From positions 14,854 through 78,853 of the forward strand of contig CAZVJU010000003.1 in assembly GCA_964627195.1 (NCBI GenBank): DNA of 64,000 nt, given 5' to 3'. This DNA comes from an uncultured Gammaproteobacteria bacterium. Lineage in GTDB: Bacteria; Patescibacteriota; Microgenomatia; UBA8517. Position 1 is the stretch's first letter. Every line of letters begins with the position of its first letter. This document shows, one piece after another, positions 55,032 through 64,000 of this stretch. The notes under the pieces were generated by a model. The model worked only from the letters and a program-made list of their open reading frames with translations, did not search any database and had not been told where the DNA came from. Made by a program: the position numbers and the translations under genes.

Positions 55032-55616
55032 TCAGCCGACCAACTCTGCTTCATCTCCAATAACCATAATCCTACTTCCGGAAAGAATTCCGGACAAGAA
55101 GGGATCACGCCGTTTTTTTCTAAATTCAAATTCTTCTCTGCTCATCACAGTATAATTTATTTCCTTGCCGCGTTTTGACTCCTCTTTCCGAATTATGGCC
55201 GCAAGCTCCGGCAAAACTATCTCTCCTACAACAAGGATATCAACATCCTCATCGTGTTTTTTCTCTTTTCTCCTAACAAATCGCCCCGAAAACATGATAA
55301 AACTTACCTTACCAATTTTATTTTTGTTTGTAATTATGTCAGCCCCCAGACCTTTAGTCTTGGCAACAATTGACATTAGATCGCCAAAAAGGGGGTAGTC
55401 TGTCCGCATCCAGTAATACAATCTGTTTCCTCGAGACTCTTTCTTTACTAGTGCCGCTTTTTCAAATCTATCTAACTCCCGTCTGACAGCATTAATTTCT
55501 TCATGAATCTCACGAACTATCCCTCTAACATGATAAATTTCGCTTGTATCAGCTAAAAAAAGCTCCAATATCTTTATTCTTACTTTCGAAGTAATTATAT
55601 CTGACAAATCGGCCAT
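55032..55616 (-). CDS. wHTH transcriptional-regulator-like domain fused to a degenerate nucleotidyltransferase-like domain (hypothetical)
   Basis: The N-terminal ArsR-like helix KVRIKILELF and an internal HDEDVDILVVG Pol-beta-like block are present. Confidence 0.35.
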   Translation of the reverse strand: MADLSDIITSKVRIKILELFLADTSEIYHVRGIVREIHEEINAVRRELDRFEKAALVKKESRGNRLYYWMRTDYPLFGDLMSIVAKTKGLGADIITNKNKIGKVSFIMFSGRFVRRKEKKHDEDVDILVVGEIVLPELAAIIRKEESKRGKEINYTVMSREEFEFRKKRRDPFLSGILSGSRIMVIGDEAELVG

Positions 55617-55644
55617 TTATTTGAGGGCAGAAAAACGCGAGTCG

Positions 55645-56880
55645 TTAATAACTTATATCATTTCCTGCTGGAACAGCTTCAATCCAAATTTCTCCGCGAA
55701 CGAAAGTTATTTCAGCTCCTTTAGAATCAAAAAACCTCGTTCTATCGTTCTGAGTTCTTTTCTTCCAAGCAGCTTCTACTACATCTCCGTTTTGGAATAC
55801 CAGTGCCTTACCTTCGCCGGTTGTGGTATAGAACATGTGACCCTCTTTGTCAACTTCACCCCGCTCTTTAACAAATTGAATTACAACATTCTTAGTGCTA
55901 ATAGTCTGTTTGGTCTCAAAATCCTGATGCTCTTTACCTCCATTGAGCCGAATATACTTATTGCCTGTCTTGTCATACTTCCAACTCACATCATAGTCTC
56001 CCTTGTTGCTCCAAAATTCAAAAGAGATATCAGTATATTTGGAGTCGGTTAAAGGTTTCTCATCGGCAAATTTCCAACCTACAAAATTCTTAGTCCATGG
56101 ATCACCTTTAGAGTCTTCATATGCAAAACCCCTCTTTGTAGCTTCTTCAAATATTTTGTCCGTGTAGCCTTCATACGAATGCTCCCAAGCGGCTTTTTCT
56201 CCCAAGCGATATTGATTCCTAACTACTGCCGGCACACCCAAATTCGTACCTGCATCCATTGCATTCCCCTGTGAAACCCTCCAACCCAATTTAGCAAGAA
56301 GTTTAAAGGCATCAACTTCCGGTGCTATATCACCTCTGGGTTTAACTCCTGAAGGACAATTCACCGGATCATTGCAGATATTGTTTGCTCCGCCAGAATG
56401 CACAAAAATGGGATACTTACTGTATTCTGCCGCCCAGTCAACAAAATAAACGCGCACGCTTCGGATTGGCGCAATTCTTATATCTTTGACAGACGTGCCG
56501 CAATAAAGTACTGCCAAAAATCTTGTTATCCCACCTTCCGCTACAGCTTCATAAACTACGTCAGCGTATGATAAGCCCGACTGTGGTCTCGCCTCTAAAC
56601 TATTCTCAACCATGGCAGTCATAGGCCGCCGACTCTCCCATATATCTCTTTCCGGTTTACTAAACATTTTCCCATTTATCGGACATTCTTCAGTTTTTGG
56701 TAAATTCGGATCTATTCTTTCTCTACCTTCAGCAACGACTTTCTCAACTTCCTCAAGTCCACCCTTCATGGAAGAAAACAGTGCCCAAGAAGTACCTAGC
56801 GAAAACAAATAAAGGCCCAATAAACTTACAAAAACTCTGAAGCTTTTAGCTGAAATTAATTGTAAAATCTTGTCTTTCAT
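55645..56880 (-). CDS. DUF3048-domain protein (YerB-like), secreted/lipoprotein-like
   Basis: The block RPMTAMVENSLEARPQSGLSYADVVYEAVAEGGITRF matches the DUF3048 N-domain signature. Confidence 0.5.
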   Translation of the reverse strand: MKDKILQLISAKSFRVFVSLLGLYLFSLGTSWALFSSMKGGLEEVEKVVAEGRERIDPNLPKTEECPINGKMFSKPERDIWESRRPMTAMVENSLEARPQSGLSYADVVYEAVAEGGITRFLAVLYCGTSVKDIRIAPIRSVRVYFVDWAAEYSKYPIFVHSGGANNICNDPVNCPSGVKPRGDIAPEVDAFKLLAKLGWRVSQGNAMDAGTNLGVPAVVRNQYRLGEKAAWEHSYEGYTDKIFEEATKRGFAYEDSKGDPWTKNFVGWKFADEKPLTDSKYTDISFEFWSNKGDYDVSWKYDKTGNKYIRLNGGKEHQDFETKQTISTKNVVIQFVKERGEVDKEGHMFYTTTGEGKALVFQNGDVVEAAWKKRTQNDRTRFFDSKGAEITFVRGEIWIEAVPAGNDISY

Positions 56881-57362
56881 ACTGGTTTGCTCTTTAATGC
56901 TAATTTTAGACTCTTTTTCTCCTCTTCCGAAAGCTCTAGTTCACCTTTCCCGGTCTTTATACTTTTGACATACACTCTTGTCCTTTCACGCGTATGCAGT
57001 CCTGTTATTATAACTCCATTTTCGTTGGCATCCAAAAGTGCTAATGCAAAACTATGGTCCCCGCCAAGTTCTTTAAAGGGGTTAAACCTAACCAAACCTA
57101 CTTTTTGAACGTGTACCCTTTCCTCTTTCTCAAACCTTCTTAATATGCTAAAAACCTCGCTGAGATTTTTACTGTTCTCTTGCTCTTTTTCAAGCACTTT
57201 TTCAAGAATTGTAATAAGGTTATCCTTACCGACATCTCGCGAGAGCTGTCTGAAATGCCGTAGGGTTTGAATTACTATGGCAGTGAGCACTCCAAGCCAT
57301 ACAAAAACAAAAATCTGGATAAACAGATTTGTTGCCGGCGTAAAGAAAACTACATCTTGCAT
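56877..57362 (-). CDS. DUF4446-like membrane protein
   Basis: N-terminal TM segment plus VRFNPFKELGGDHSFALALLDANENGVIITGLHTRERTRVYVK. Confidence 0.45.
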   Translation of the reverse strand: MQDVVFFTPATNLFIQIFVFVWLGVLTAIVIQTLRHFRQLSRDVGKDNLITILEKVLEKEQENSKNLSEVFSILRRFEKEERVHVQKVGLVRFNPFKELGGDHSFALALLDANENGVIITGLHTRERTRVYVKSIKTGKGELELSEEEKKSLKLALKSKPV

Positions 57363-57478
57363 ATGGTAAAGAACTTGATGGGTAAATTAATGACTCAAAC
57401 ATTTTTACATCTTGTCATAAGCCTGTCAAGAAGGTATAAACAAGTTGATTTGCTCCGACCGATTAAGACGGAGTTAAA

Positions 57479-57775
57479 ATGAAAGAGGTAATGACTAAAA
57501 GACGCACACGAAAACAAAAAGAAAAAGCCAAACACACGTTCACAATTAGCTGGGACGGAGGCTACAAAGAAAGATCCGCAGATTCGAGTGTCAAGAGGCA
57601 ATTAGCAAGGCCTTCGAGGCAATCTCCAAGTAAAATTGCCGAAGACGAAAAAGCCAAACTTTTGGTAAAAGATGTGAATTTAGCTTCAACGAAGAAAGAT
57701 ATTATCAAAAGTTTGATTCTGGCTGGCTTCATTCTCGCTTCGGAAGTAGTGCTATACTTGGTTTGGAAGGTTTAA
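57479..57775 (+). CDS. Small basic hypothetical protein with C-terminal TM helix
   Basis: 98 aa, Lys/Arg-rich N-terminus. Confidence 0.3.
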   Translation: MKEVMTKRRTRKQKEKAKHTFTISWDGGYKERSADSSVKRQLARPSRQSPSKIAEDEKAKLLVKDVNLASTKKDIIKSLILAGFILASEVVLYLVWKV

Positions 57776-57814
57776 AATCTTCTGCCCTAACGAGAGGAGG
57801 TGAAGTTCATAAAT

Positions 57815-57952
57815 ATGTATTGTGTAAAATGTAGAGCAAAAAGAGAAGGTAAGAATCAGGAAACTGTCACAATGAAAAATGGCAAGAAAGCAATGAGAGC
57901 TGTCTGTGAGGTTTGTGGCACCAAGATGTTCAAAATCATGGGTAATGCCTAA
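57815..57952 (+). CDS. 45-aa zinc-ribbon protein (two CxxC pairs), below the ORF-track length cutoff
   Basis: A strong RBS GAGGAGGTGA lies 7 nt before the ATG. The translation is MYCVKCRAKREGKNQETVTMKNGKKAMRAVCEVCGTKMFKIMGNA and resembles DUF5679-type small proteins. Confidence 0.5.
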   Translation: MYCVKCRAKREGKNQETVTMKNGKKAMRAVCEVCGTKMFKIMGNA

Positions 57953-57976
57953 TCTTCTTTTTTCAAAAGAAACTTT

Positions 57977-58007
57977 CAAGAGAACCGAGCATGACTTGGT
58001 TCTCTTG
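57977..58007 (+). terminator. Perfect 10-bp stem hairpin (caagagaacc ... ggttctcttg) followed by GTTT, a possible terminator after the zinc-ribbon gene
   Basis: Read directly. The downstream T-tract is weak. Confidence 0.35.
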
Positions 58008-58027
58008 GTTTAAAAATATTTGTATAT

Positions 58028-58642
58028 ATGACTAGCAACTTCAGAAAAGTATTTTCGATCTTCAAAAAGTACTACAAATTAGTTCCACTAGAATATTTTA
58101 AGAAAGATCCGTATAAAACATTAATTTCAACAGTCCTTTCCTCACGTACAAAAGATGAAACCACACTTGAAGCTTCTAAGAGACTATTCCAAAAAGCCCA
58201 TAATATTAAAACACTTCACCAATTAAGCAATTTAACAATTCAACACTTAATCTTTCCGGTGGGTTTTTATAAAACTAAGGCAAGACATCTTAATATGCTT
58301 GCCGAAAAGATGTCAGAAGAATTCAAAGGAAAAATACCAACTAATCGCGAAGATCTAATGAAACTCCCGGGCGTTGGGAGAAAAACAGCAAACCTTGTAT
58401 TAAACCGGGCTTTTGGAGTTCCGGCTATAGCGGTTGACACTCACGTTCACAGAATCTCAAATTTATTAGGTTGGGTCAAAACACAAACTCCGCAAGAAAC
58501 TGAGAAAGAATTGGTCAAAATACTTCCGAAAAAATACTGGAGCGATATGAACCGTCTTTTCGTATCAATCGGCCGCCAGTTTACTACAAAGCAAAAACTT
58601 GAAGACTTTTTAAGAAGATATGATTTAGTTGCTGGCAACTAG
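58028..58642 (+). CDS. Endonuclease III-like HhH-GPD glycosylase lacking the C-terminal Fe-S Cys cluster
   Basis: LPGVGRKTANLVL (HhH) and VDTHVHRI are present. No CxxxxxxCxxC block follows. Confidence 0.7.
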   Translation: MTSNFRKVFSIFKKYYKLVPLEYFKKDPYKTLISTVLSSRTKDETTLEASKRLFQKAHNIKTLHQLSNLTIQHLIFPVGFYKTKARHLNMLAEKMSEEFKGKIPTNREDLMKLPGVGRKTANLVLNRAFGVPAIAVDTHVHRISNLLGWVKTQTPQETEKELVKILPKKYWSDMNRLFVSIGRQFTTKQKLEDFLRRYDLVAGN

Positions 58643-58645
58643 TAG

Positions 58646-59281
58646 TTAGTAGGCTGTGATTGCGACGGCGAAGGTGTTTTGGGCATAAATACAACTCCAA
58701 ACGTATTCTCCCCCTTCCAAAAGTTTTTTATGACCCAGGGTGTTTTCCCACAAAGAAACAGTTTTTTCCGGCGTCTCTCCCCCCATGGCCAAAAACTCTG
58801 CCATGTTTCCATACTTCTCGAAAATCCATTTTAAATCAACTCGTCTCTCCGCCATATTGCTAAATCCTACATGACCATCTAATTTGCCTAGTTCCAGTAG
58901 TTCGTTTAATCGAATTGAGGCAATTGTACAAAGCTCATCTCTCTGCTGGAGTGGATTAACACCCCGTTCCCCTCTTTTGTTATTAACGGCTGCCCACAGT
59001 TCAGGCCCACCCCAGTCAGCTTTTCGTGTAATCGCAACTTTAGGCAACAGTGTAGGTTGCGGGGTAGGTGTAGTAGTCGGACTGGGAGATATGTCAGATC
59101 TTTGCTCAATCAACTGGGCAAGTAATTCCTCTCCGCCCTTTCTCTTCCCGGCAACATAACCTTGCATTAAACCTAAGATATAGATAGCCAGAAACAAAGT
59201 AACAATAAAAGAAATAGCTAACACCGAGAGGATATTATCCGCAATGTATTTCACTGATATTTGTGTCTTAAAAAAGTTCAT
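58646..59281 (-). CDS. CAP/SCP-domain (YkwD-like) secreted protein with TM anchor and Pro/Thr linker
   Basis: CAP-like blocks are present after a PTTTPTPQPT linker. Confidence 0.55.
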   Translation of the reverse strand: MNFFKTQISVKYIADNILSVLAISFIVTLFLAIYILGLMQGYVAGKRKGGEELLAQLIEQRSDISPSPTTTPTPQPTLLPKVAITRKADWGGPELWAAVNNKRGERGVNPLQQRDELCTIASIRLNELLELGKLDGHVGFSNMAERRVDLKWIFEKYGNMAEFLAMGGETPEKTVSLWENTLGHKKLLEGGEYVWSCIYAQNTFAVAITAY

Positions 59282-59284
59282 ATC

Positions 59285-59722
59285 TCAAACAATTATGGTT
59301 ACAGGGCCATCCAATTTAGCTTGGATCTTCATATATTCTCCGAAACTTCCTGTCTCAACCTTCACATTAAGACTCCTAAGTTTAGCGATAAAATGGTCGT
59401 ATATTTTCTTAGCGTATTCGGGTCTGGCCGCCTTAATAAAGGAGGGCCTATTGCCGCCACTTGTATCAGCATACAAAGTAAACTGGGATACAGCCAAAAC
59501 CTCACCTGCCACTCCTTGAATAGAAAGGTTCATTTTGTCTTGCTGATCTGCCATTATACGCATTTTTGCTAATTTTTCAGCTAAAACTGCTGCGTCTGCC
59601 TCTGAATCTTTTTCACCGATGCCGACTAAAACTAGAAGCCCTTTGCCGATTTCGCCTACTAATTTAGTTGTCTTGGCAACCTCAACTGAAGCACTTTCAA
59701 CCCTTTGTATGACCAAGCGCAT
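59285..59722 (-). CDS. dtd: D-aminoacyl-tRNA deacylase
   Basis: MRLVIQRV start, SQFTLYAD and C-terminal GPVT are present. The ORF track gives a longer ORF to 59758. The start is chosen by family alignment. Confidence 0.85.
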   Translation of the reverse strand: MRLVIQRVESASVEVAKTTKLVGEIGKGLLVLVGIGEKDSEADAAVLAEKLAKMRIMADQQDKMNLSIQGVAGEVLAVSQFTLYADTSGGNRPSFIKAARPEYAKKIYDHFIAKLRSLNVKVETGSFGEYMKIQAKLDGPVTIIV

Positions 59723-59754
59723 AGACATATTGTATTTCAGGAAGGGTCTCTTGT

Positions 59755-59967
59755 TCAAATTTTGGGGTTTTTGCCTTTCTCAAGAATTTCCCAAAAATAC
59801 TTAATGATGAAGATTATCCAACCTACAACTATCACTAAAAAAATAAAATTAAAGACAAATCCCTGCGGTCTCACATAAGCATACAATAAGCCGATTACAA
59901 AAATAAACAATAGTCCCCCCAAAAAAACAAAATACTCCGCTATAAATCGGATAACTTTTTTAAACAT
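59755..59967 (-). CDS. Small hypothetical membrane protein
   Basis: 70 aa with 2 TM segments. Overlaps the track ORF 59285..59758 (dtd region) by 4 nt. Confidence 0.3.
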   Translation of the reverse strand: MFKKVIRFIAEYFVFLGGLLFIFVIGLLYAYVRPQGFVFNFIFLVIVVGWIIFIIKYFWEILEKGKNPKI

Positions 59968-60061
59968 TTCTCACTTAAATCATAGCTCTTTTTAGTCCTT
60001 CTGTCTTCTCTGAAGTTTTCAAAAATATATGACAAGTGATACTAAGTTTGATGCTTTATAA

Positions 60062-60598
60062 TTACTCTTCAACTATTAACTTTCCAATTTGTCCCATTTT
60101 TCTATGTTGGCCAACTGAACAATAATATTCAAACGTACCAACTTTATCTGCAACAAAGTTAATAGTCGTAGTTTCTCCTGCTTTGATTACCTCTCCATCA
60201 ACTGCCAGTTCATCAATATTAAAATCATGCATCATATCTTTTGCGCTGAGGATAACTTGAACTGTTTGACCTTTTTTTACCTTGACTTCTTTGGGATTGT
60301 AGTAGAAACTTCCTGCCTCAATATTTATAGTTTGTACTTGAGAATTATTTTCAACAGCCACCTCATCACCAACTATAGTCGGTTCTGTGACACTTGATTT
60401 CACACCCTGAACAGATTCTTGAGACGAAGCACTAGTAGTCGCTTGCTTTCCCAAACGTTTTACTAAAAACGTACCAACAACTACGAGCAGCACAATCGCA
60501 ATTCCCCAATAAAGCATAGGATTTGTTGATTTCGGATTTGGGGACACTTGCGTCTGTTGTAACTCTACGTTTTCTTTATCTTCATGCATAGTTATCAC
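60062..60598 (-). CDS. Cupredoxin-like (Cupredoxin_1) domain protein, membrane-anchored
   Basis: Candidate Cu ligands: His in MMHDF and Cys/His/Met in YYCSVGQHRKMGQIG. TM anchor present. Confidence 0.55.
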   Translation of the reverse strand: MITMHEDKENVELQQTQVSPNPKSTNPMLYWGIAIVLLVVVGTFLVKRLGKQATTSASSQESVQGVKSSVTEPTIVGDEVAVENNSQVQTINIEAGSFYYNPKEVKVKKGQTVQVILSAKDMMHDFNIDELAVDGEVIKAGETTTINFVADKVGTFEYYCSVGQHRKMGQIGKLIVEE

Positions 60599-60705
60599 CT
60601 CCTATCGCAGAGATATTATATGTGCCCAAGATCGCTTAGTCTACCAGGCAAAACTGAGGAAAGGCTGAAAATAGAACTGATATTGTATAATAGGACTAGT
60701 TATAT

Positions 60706-62196
60706 ATGCAATTAACACAAAAGGGTAAAGTTTACGCGTTAATTCTTCTCACCTCAGCACTTTTTTCGATTTCTGTAGTTACTTTCGGGTTTTTCCCCTA
60801 TTTTGGCCTCTCCGTATCCTTTATTGCTTTTATCTTTTTAGCCTACTATATAAAGAAAGATAAAACTCCGCTCGCTAAAATGTTCTTTCTTATTGCTCTT
60901 ATTCTGTCTGTCTTTTTAGCAATAAGAAGCGAGGGTGGGATAATTCTTCTTAATCTTGGCGCAATTTTCTACTTCGGAGCGCTTACACTACTATCCGAAA
61001 AGGAAAGTAGATTGGATAATTGGATTTATATATTTATAGCGCCTTTTTTTCTTTTTTCAAAAAGTCTTTTTACCAAAAATGACTATAATTTTGAATTAAA
61101 AAATTCTTTGACAAGAAAAGAAGGAGCTGAAAAAGTCATAAATTCACTTGTCGTAACCCTTGTAACCATATTAGTATTGGTCATTATTATCCCACTATTG
61201 GCTTCCGTAAACCCTTTCTTCGAAAAAATAGTTAGTAATCTGATAGACACACTTAGGCTACGGGATATTAAAATTACGGAAAAGTTATTCGAATGGAGTC
61301 TGAGGCTGGCATTTTTCTTTTTTCTCGTACTAATCGTCCCCAAATTGGCAACTTTTGTTAATAAGAAGTCTGGTCTTTCAGTCCTTTCATATCCGTCTTT
61401 TAATCTTTTAGTACCGAAAATTGCAGTAGCCTTGGTATTATCATTATTTTTTGTAACTCAACTTCAATTATATTTTTCTTCCGCCCAAACGCTGCAGGAT
61501 TTGGGGTACACCTACTCAAAATACACAAGAGAAGTTTTTGCTCAACTTTCGTTTGTGGCCGTTATTATCTTAGGCCTGATATATAACGATCAAACGAAAC
61601 AAAAAATAAATAGAAATTTAACCGTAGCGCTGGCAATTCAAGGGCTATTTCTAACATTTATGGCCTACAAAAGCGTTTATGAATATAGTATGGCCTGGGG
61701 TTTTACTTATAAAAGACTATTCGGTTTTACTATTGCCACTTGGATTTTGGGTGTATTTGCCATCTATCTGTTTACTTTTTACAGAAATCTTGGAAAAGGC
61801 ATATTCATCGTCCGGACTCTCATTTTCTCAGGACTAGTTCTTATTGCAGTAAACGCTTTAAACTTTGACTACCTCATCTATCATTTTCGAAAAGCTTCAA
61901 CTGGACAGGGAGTTGATCACAAGTATCTCACACGACTCTCAAGCGACTCCCTTTCATACAAAAATCAGCTTTACGAAATTACCCAGATATCCTCGGAAAC
62001 ACTAAGTGAGTCAGAAAAAAACCAAGCCGCCTCATACGGTTTATGGATGCTGCTTTATAAGATCGAACGATTACAGGAAAAATATGACAAACTTGATGTT
62101 CGAGGTTTTAACCTGCTGGAATATTTGCAATATCGGCAAATCAAAGATATAGACACCCAAATAGTCAGAAATAAATATGGGTTGCCTTTCCGCTAA
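60706..62196 (+). CDS. Polytopic membrane protein (DUF4153/4173-like), hypothetical
   Basis: 496 aa with more than 10 TM segments. Its stop codon overlaps the start of MITE-like copy 3. Confidence 0.35.
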   Translation: MQLTQKGKVYALILLTSALFSISVVTFGFFPYFGLSVSFIAFIFLAYYIKKDKTPLAKMFFLIALILSVFLAIRSEGGIILLNLGAIFYFGALTLLSEKESRLDNWIYIFIAPFFLFSKSLFTKNDYNFELKNSLTRKEGAEKVINSLVVTLVTILVLVIIIPLLASVNPFFEKIVSNLIDTLRLRDIKITEKLFEWSLRLAFFFFLVLIVPKLATFVNKKSGLSVLSYPSFNLLVPKIAVALVLSLFFVTQLQLYFSSAQTLQDLGYTYSKYTREVFAQLSFVAVIILGLIYNDQTKQKINRNLTVALAIQGLFLTFMAYKSVYEYSMAWGFTYKRLFGFTIATWILGVFAIYLFTFYRNLGKGIFIVRTLIFSGLVLIAVNALNFDYLIYHFRKASTGQGVDHKYLTRLSSDSLSYKNQLYEITQISSETLSESEKNQAASYGLWMLLYKIERLQEKYDKLDVRGFNLLEYLQYRQIKDIDTQIVRNKYGLPFR

Positions 62197-62262
62197 TAGA
62201 AGTCCACATCTTATGCCGTGGTCCTTCGAGCTACATTCGCCTTCGGCGAATGAATTTTCATT
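62196..62262 (+). repeat. MITE-like multi-hairpin element, copy 3 (truncated: left arm plus first two hairpins)
   Basis: atagaagtccacatcttatgccgtggtccttcgagctacattcgccttcggcgaatgaattttca. It diverges where the convergent gene 62258..63025 ends. Confidence 0.65.
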
Positions 62263-63025
62263 TCAAATTACTTCTTTTCCTAAATAAGTTAAGGCTTGTT
62301 TTTAGTTCCTCATGGGTATTTATTCCAATGCCGATATAGTCAAAAGAGACATTTACAGGAACCACTTTATATCCCATATCTTTGGCTATTTTAATTAAGT
62401 CAGTTAAGTAATATTCGCCACTGACAGGTGATTTCTTAATCCTTTTGAGTCCCTCGACAATAAAATTATAGCGGAAACAATAAAGTCCAGCGTTTAGTTC
62501 TTTTATCTTCCTCTCCTCTTGGTTTGCATCTTTTTGTTCTACAATTCCCGACACATTGCCGCTTTTATCCCGGATAATCCTACCCCAGGCTAACGAATCC
62601 GGGTTTTCATAGTCGCAGGTTAACAGACTTATTACTTTGTCTTTTTCATCCAGTTCATAACTTAATTGAACTATAATTTCCGGAGTATAAAACATCATAT
62701 GATCTCCGTAACCAACCCAAACTTTTTCCGGTTTCCAACCTTTCTCTTTTATCTTTTCCACTGCTATTTTAACTGCATGACCCGTTCCCAATCTAACCTT
62801 CTGCAGTGCAAAGTATATTTTGCTATCACCTTTTAAAGCTTCAATTACGCTTTCCGATTGCAAACCTACTATCACAATTGTCTTATCGGCAACTTGTGAA
62901 AACAAATCCGTACCATACTTAACCAAAGGCTTACCTCCAAATTCAACACTGGTTTTGTTAAATAGAGTTGTCTTGAATCTTTTTCCTTTTCCTCCTGCAA
63001 GTACAATACCAATATTCATAGGCAT
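62258..63025 (-). CDS. Sugar-phosphate nucleotidyltransferase (NTP_transferase family)
   Basis: The N-terminal block GIVLAGGKGKRF is present. Confidence 0.7.
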   Translation of the reverse strand: MPMNIGIVLAGGKGKRFKTTLFNKTSVEFGGKPLVKYGTDLFSQVADKTIVIVGLQSESVIEALKGDSKIYFALQKVRLGTGHAVKIAVEKIKEKGWKPEKVWVGYGDHMMFYTPEIIVQLSYELDEKDKVISLLTCDYENPDSLAWGRIIRDKSGNVSGIVEQKDANQEERKIKELNAGLYCFRYNFIVEGLKRIKKSPVSGEYYLTDLIKIAKDMGYKVVPVNVSFDYIGIGINTHEELKTSLNLFRKRSNLK

Positions 63026-63040
63026 GAGTATAATACCACT

Positions 63041-63706
63041 TTAAGGCAAACAATTCGGCCAGATTCCGCCTTTTCCTATGGACAAAAGAAAAGACGCTGT
63101 CTGAACAGCTTCTTCAGCATTTAAACGAAGGGTGGGATCAGCATCTTCCCCTATCAAAAGTCTGTTATTTTTCCAGGTATTTGTGGAGAATTGATATAGA
63201 CCTAGATAATCGCCATTCTTCGCCCTTGGGTTAAAATCCGACTCACAATCTGCAATATGCCTTAACGCATTGGGATCAACTGCATACTGGCCGGCAAATC
63301 TTTCGATGAACCCCTGGATCTCTTCCGAGGTATATTGCGGCTGCAGTACAAGACTGGGTGTAGGAACTCTAGTCGGAGTAGATGAAGGGTTCGCTGTTGG
63401 AGTTAAAGTAACAGCTAAAGTCGGTTTTAAGGTTGGAGTTCGAGTAGGAACCTCTGAAGGCTCAGGTGATTCAATAGGTAGAGATGTTGTACTCTTAGAC
63501 ATAACTAGCTTCTCATCTTCGTCTGGAATAGTAGTTATTTCAGACAATTGATCTTCTAATACTTGTTTACCAAAGTACTCTTTGGCCAAGCTCTGCTTAT
63601 TATCAGAAATTGAATTTGGCTGAAGCAGCACGTTTTGCGAGGACAACAGAGTATAAGCAGAGACCACAGAAATAATTGTGGAAAACAAAAATACTAAAAA
63701 GGGCAT
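63041..63706 (-). CDS. Rpf-like transglycosylase-domain protein with Pro/Thr-rich linker
   Basis: IADCESDFNPRAKNGDYLGLYQFSTNTW parallels the Rpf/transglycosylase-like motif CESGGNW...GLYQFS..TW. Confidence 0.55.
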   Translation of the reverse strand: MPFLVFLFSTIISVVSAYTLLSSQNVLLQPNSISDNKQSLAKEYFGKQVLEDQLSEITTIPDEDEKLVMSKSTTSLPIESPEPSEVPTRTPTLKPTLAVTLTPTANPSSTPTRVPTPSLVLQPQYTSEEIQGFIERFAGQYAVDPNALRHIADCESDFNPRAKNGDYLGLYQFSTNTWKNNRLLIGEDADPTLRLNAEEAVQTASFLLSIGKGGIWPNCLP

Positions 63707-63730
63707 TGTACGGTAAATTATATCTCAGTT

Positions 63731-63997
63731 TTACTGCTTTCTCTCAACTTTAATAGTACATCCGGTAACAAATGCAGCAATTGCACCGAGAGCCGCAAAC
63801 ATAGGGGCCAAAAGAGCACCAACCACGCCGACAGTTAATGGAAAAACAACCAAAGTTTTTCCCTTCCTATCTATAATGGAAATTTTTCTGACATTACCTT
63901 CGCGTATCAGCTCTTTAACCTTCTTCAATAACTCTCCCCCATTAACATTAAAGGACTCTTCGTGGATACTTTCCGATTCTTTATCTACTTTTACCAA
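63731..63997 (-). CDS. DUF4342-like small protein
   Basis: FPLTVGVVGALLAPMFAALGAIAAFVTGCTIKVE matches the DUF4342 signature. It lies close to the window edge. Confidence 0.45.
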   Translation of the reverse strand: MVKVDKESESIHEESFNVNGGELLKKVKELIREGNVRKISIIDRKGKTLVVFPLTVGVVGALLAPMFAALGAIAAFVTGCTIKVERKQ

Positions 63998-64000
63998 ACT

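Noticed and set aside
3992-63770. Recurring 9-mer acatccggt at 3992, 5448 and 63761
   Set aside because: It is too short, and three copies in 64 kb are not clearly above chance. It is noted only as context for the tRNA-Glu islet.

Overview
This 64-kb window looks like a low-GC, small-genome bacterial chromosome segment with densely packed genes on both strands; the gene content is broadly compatible with a CPR/Patescibacteria-like organism, but that is an inference, not a result. The core genes read directly from the translations include lon, uppP, def, dgkA, a DipZ-like CcdA-thioredoxin fusion, purC, a DEAD-box helicase, gltX, a class IIb Asp/Asn-tRNA synthetase, rel, recJ, cca, secD/secF, dtd, an Nth-like glycosylase, a DD-carboxypeptidase, an L,D-transpeptidase, a PAP2 phosphatase and a thermonuclease. 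There are two tRNAs: tRNA-Glu(CTC) on the minus strand at 5475..5547 and tRNA-Gln(CTG) on the plus strand at 16586..16659. Both are flanked by accessory DNA. Next to tRNA-Glu sits a toxin-antitoxin islet (MNT/HepT pair, AbiEii-like fragment, AAA+DUF4143 ATPase). Next to tRNA-Gln sits an AT-rich block carrying an IS200/IS605-type Y1 HUH transposase (RAYT-like) flanked by inverted REP-like palindromes. The most unusual content is non-coding: at least four families of dispersed repeats, concentrated between about 16.6 and 31.1 kb plus one copy at 62.2 kb. These are (i) REP/REPIN-like palindromes of the form TATCAC-N-GTGATA, (ii) a roughly 34-nt element sitting at or within about 30 nt of the stop codon of four plus-strand genes, (iii) a 110-150-nt multi-hairpin, MITE-like element in three copies, and (iv) an 18-bp direct repeat bracketing the MNT/HepT module. 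The same region holds a duplicated divergent module (wHTH-Nudix facing a VOC/glyoxalase gene), a probably frameshifted HhH-GPD glycosylase gene, and a GT4-GT4-glycoside hydrolase cluster. No CRISPR array or rRNA was seen.
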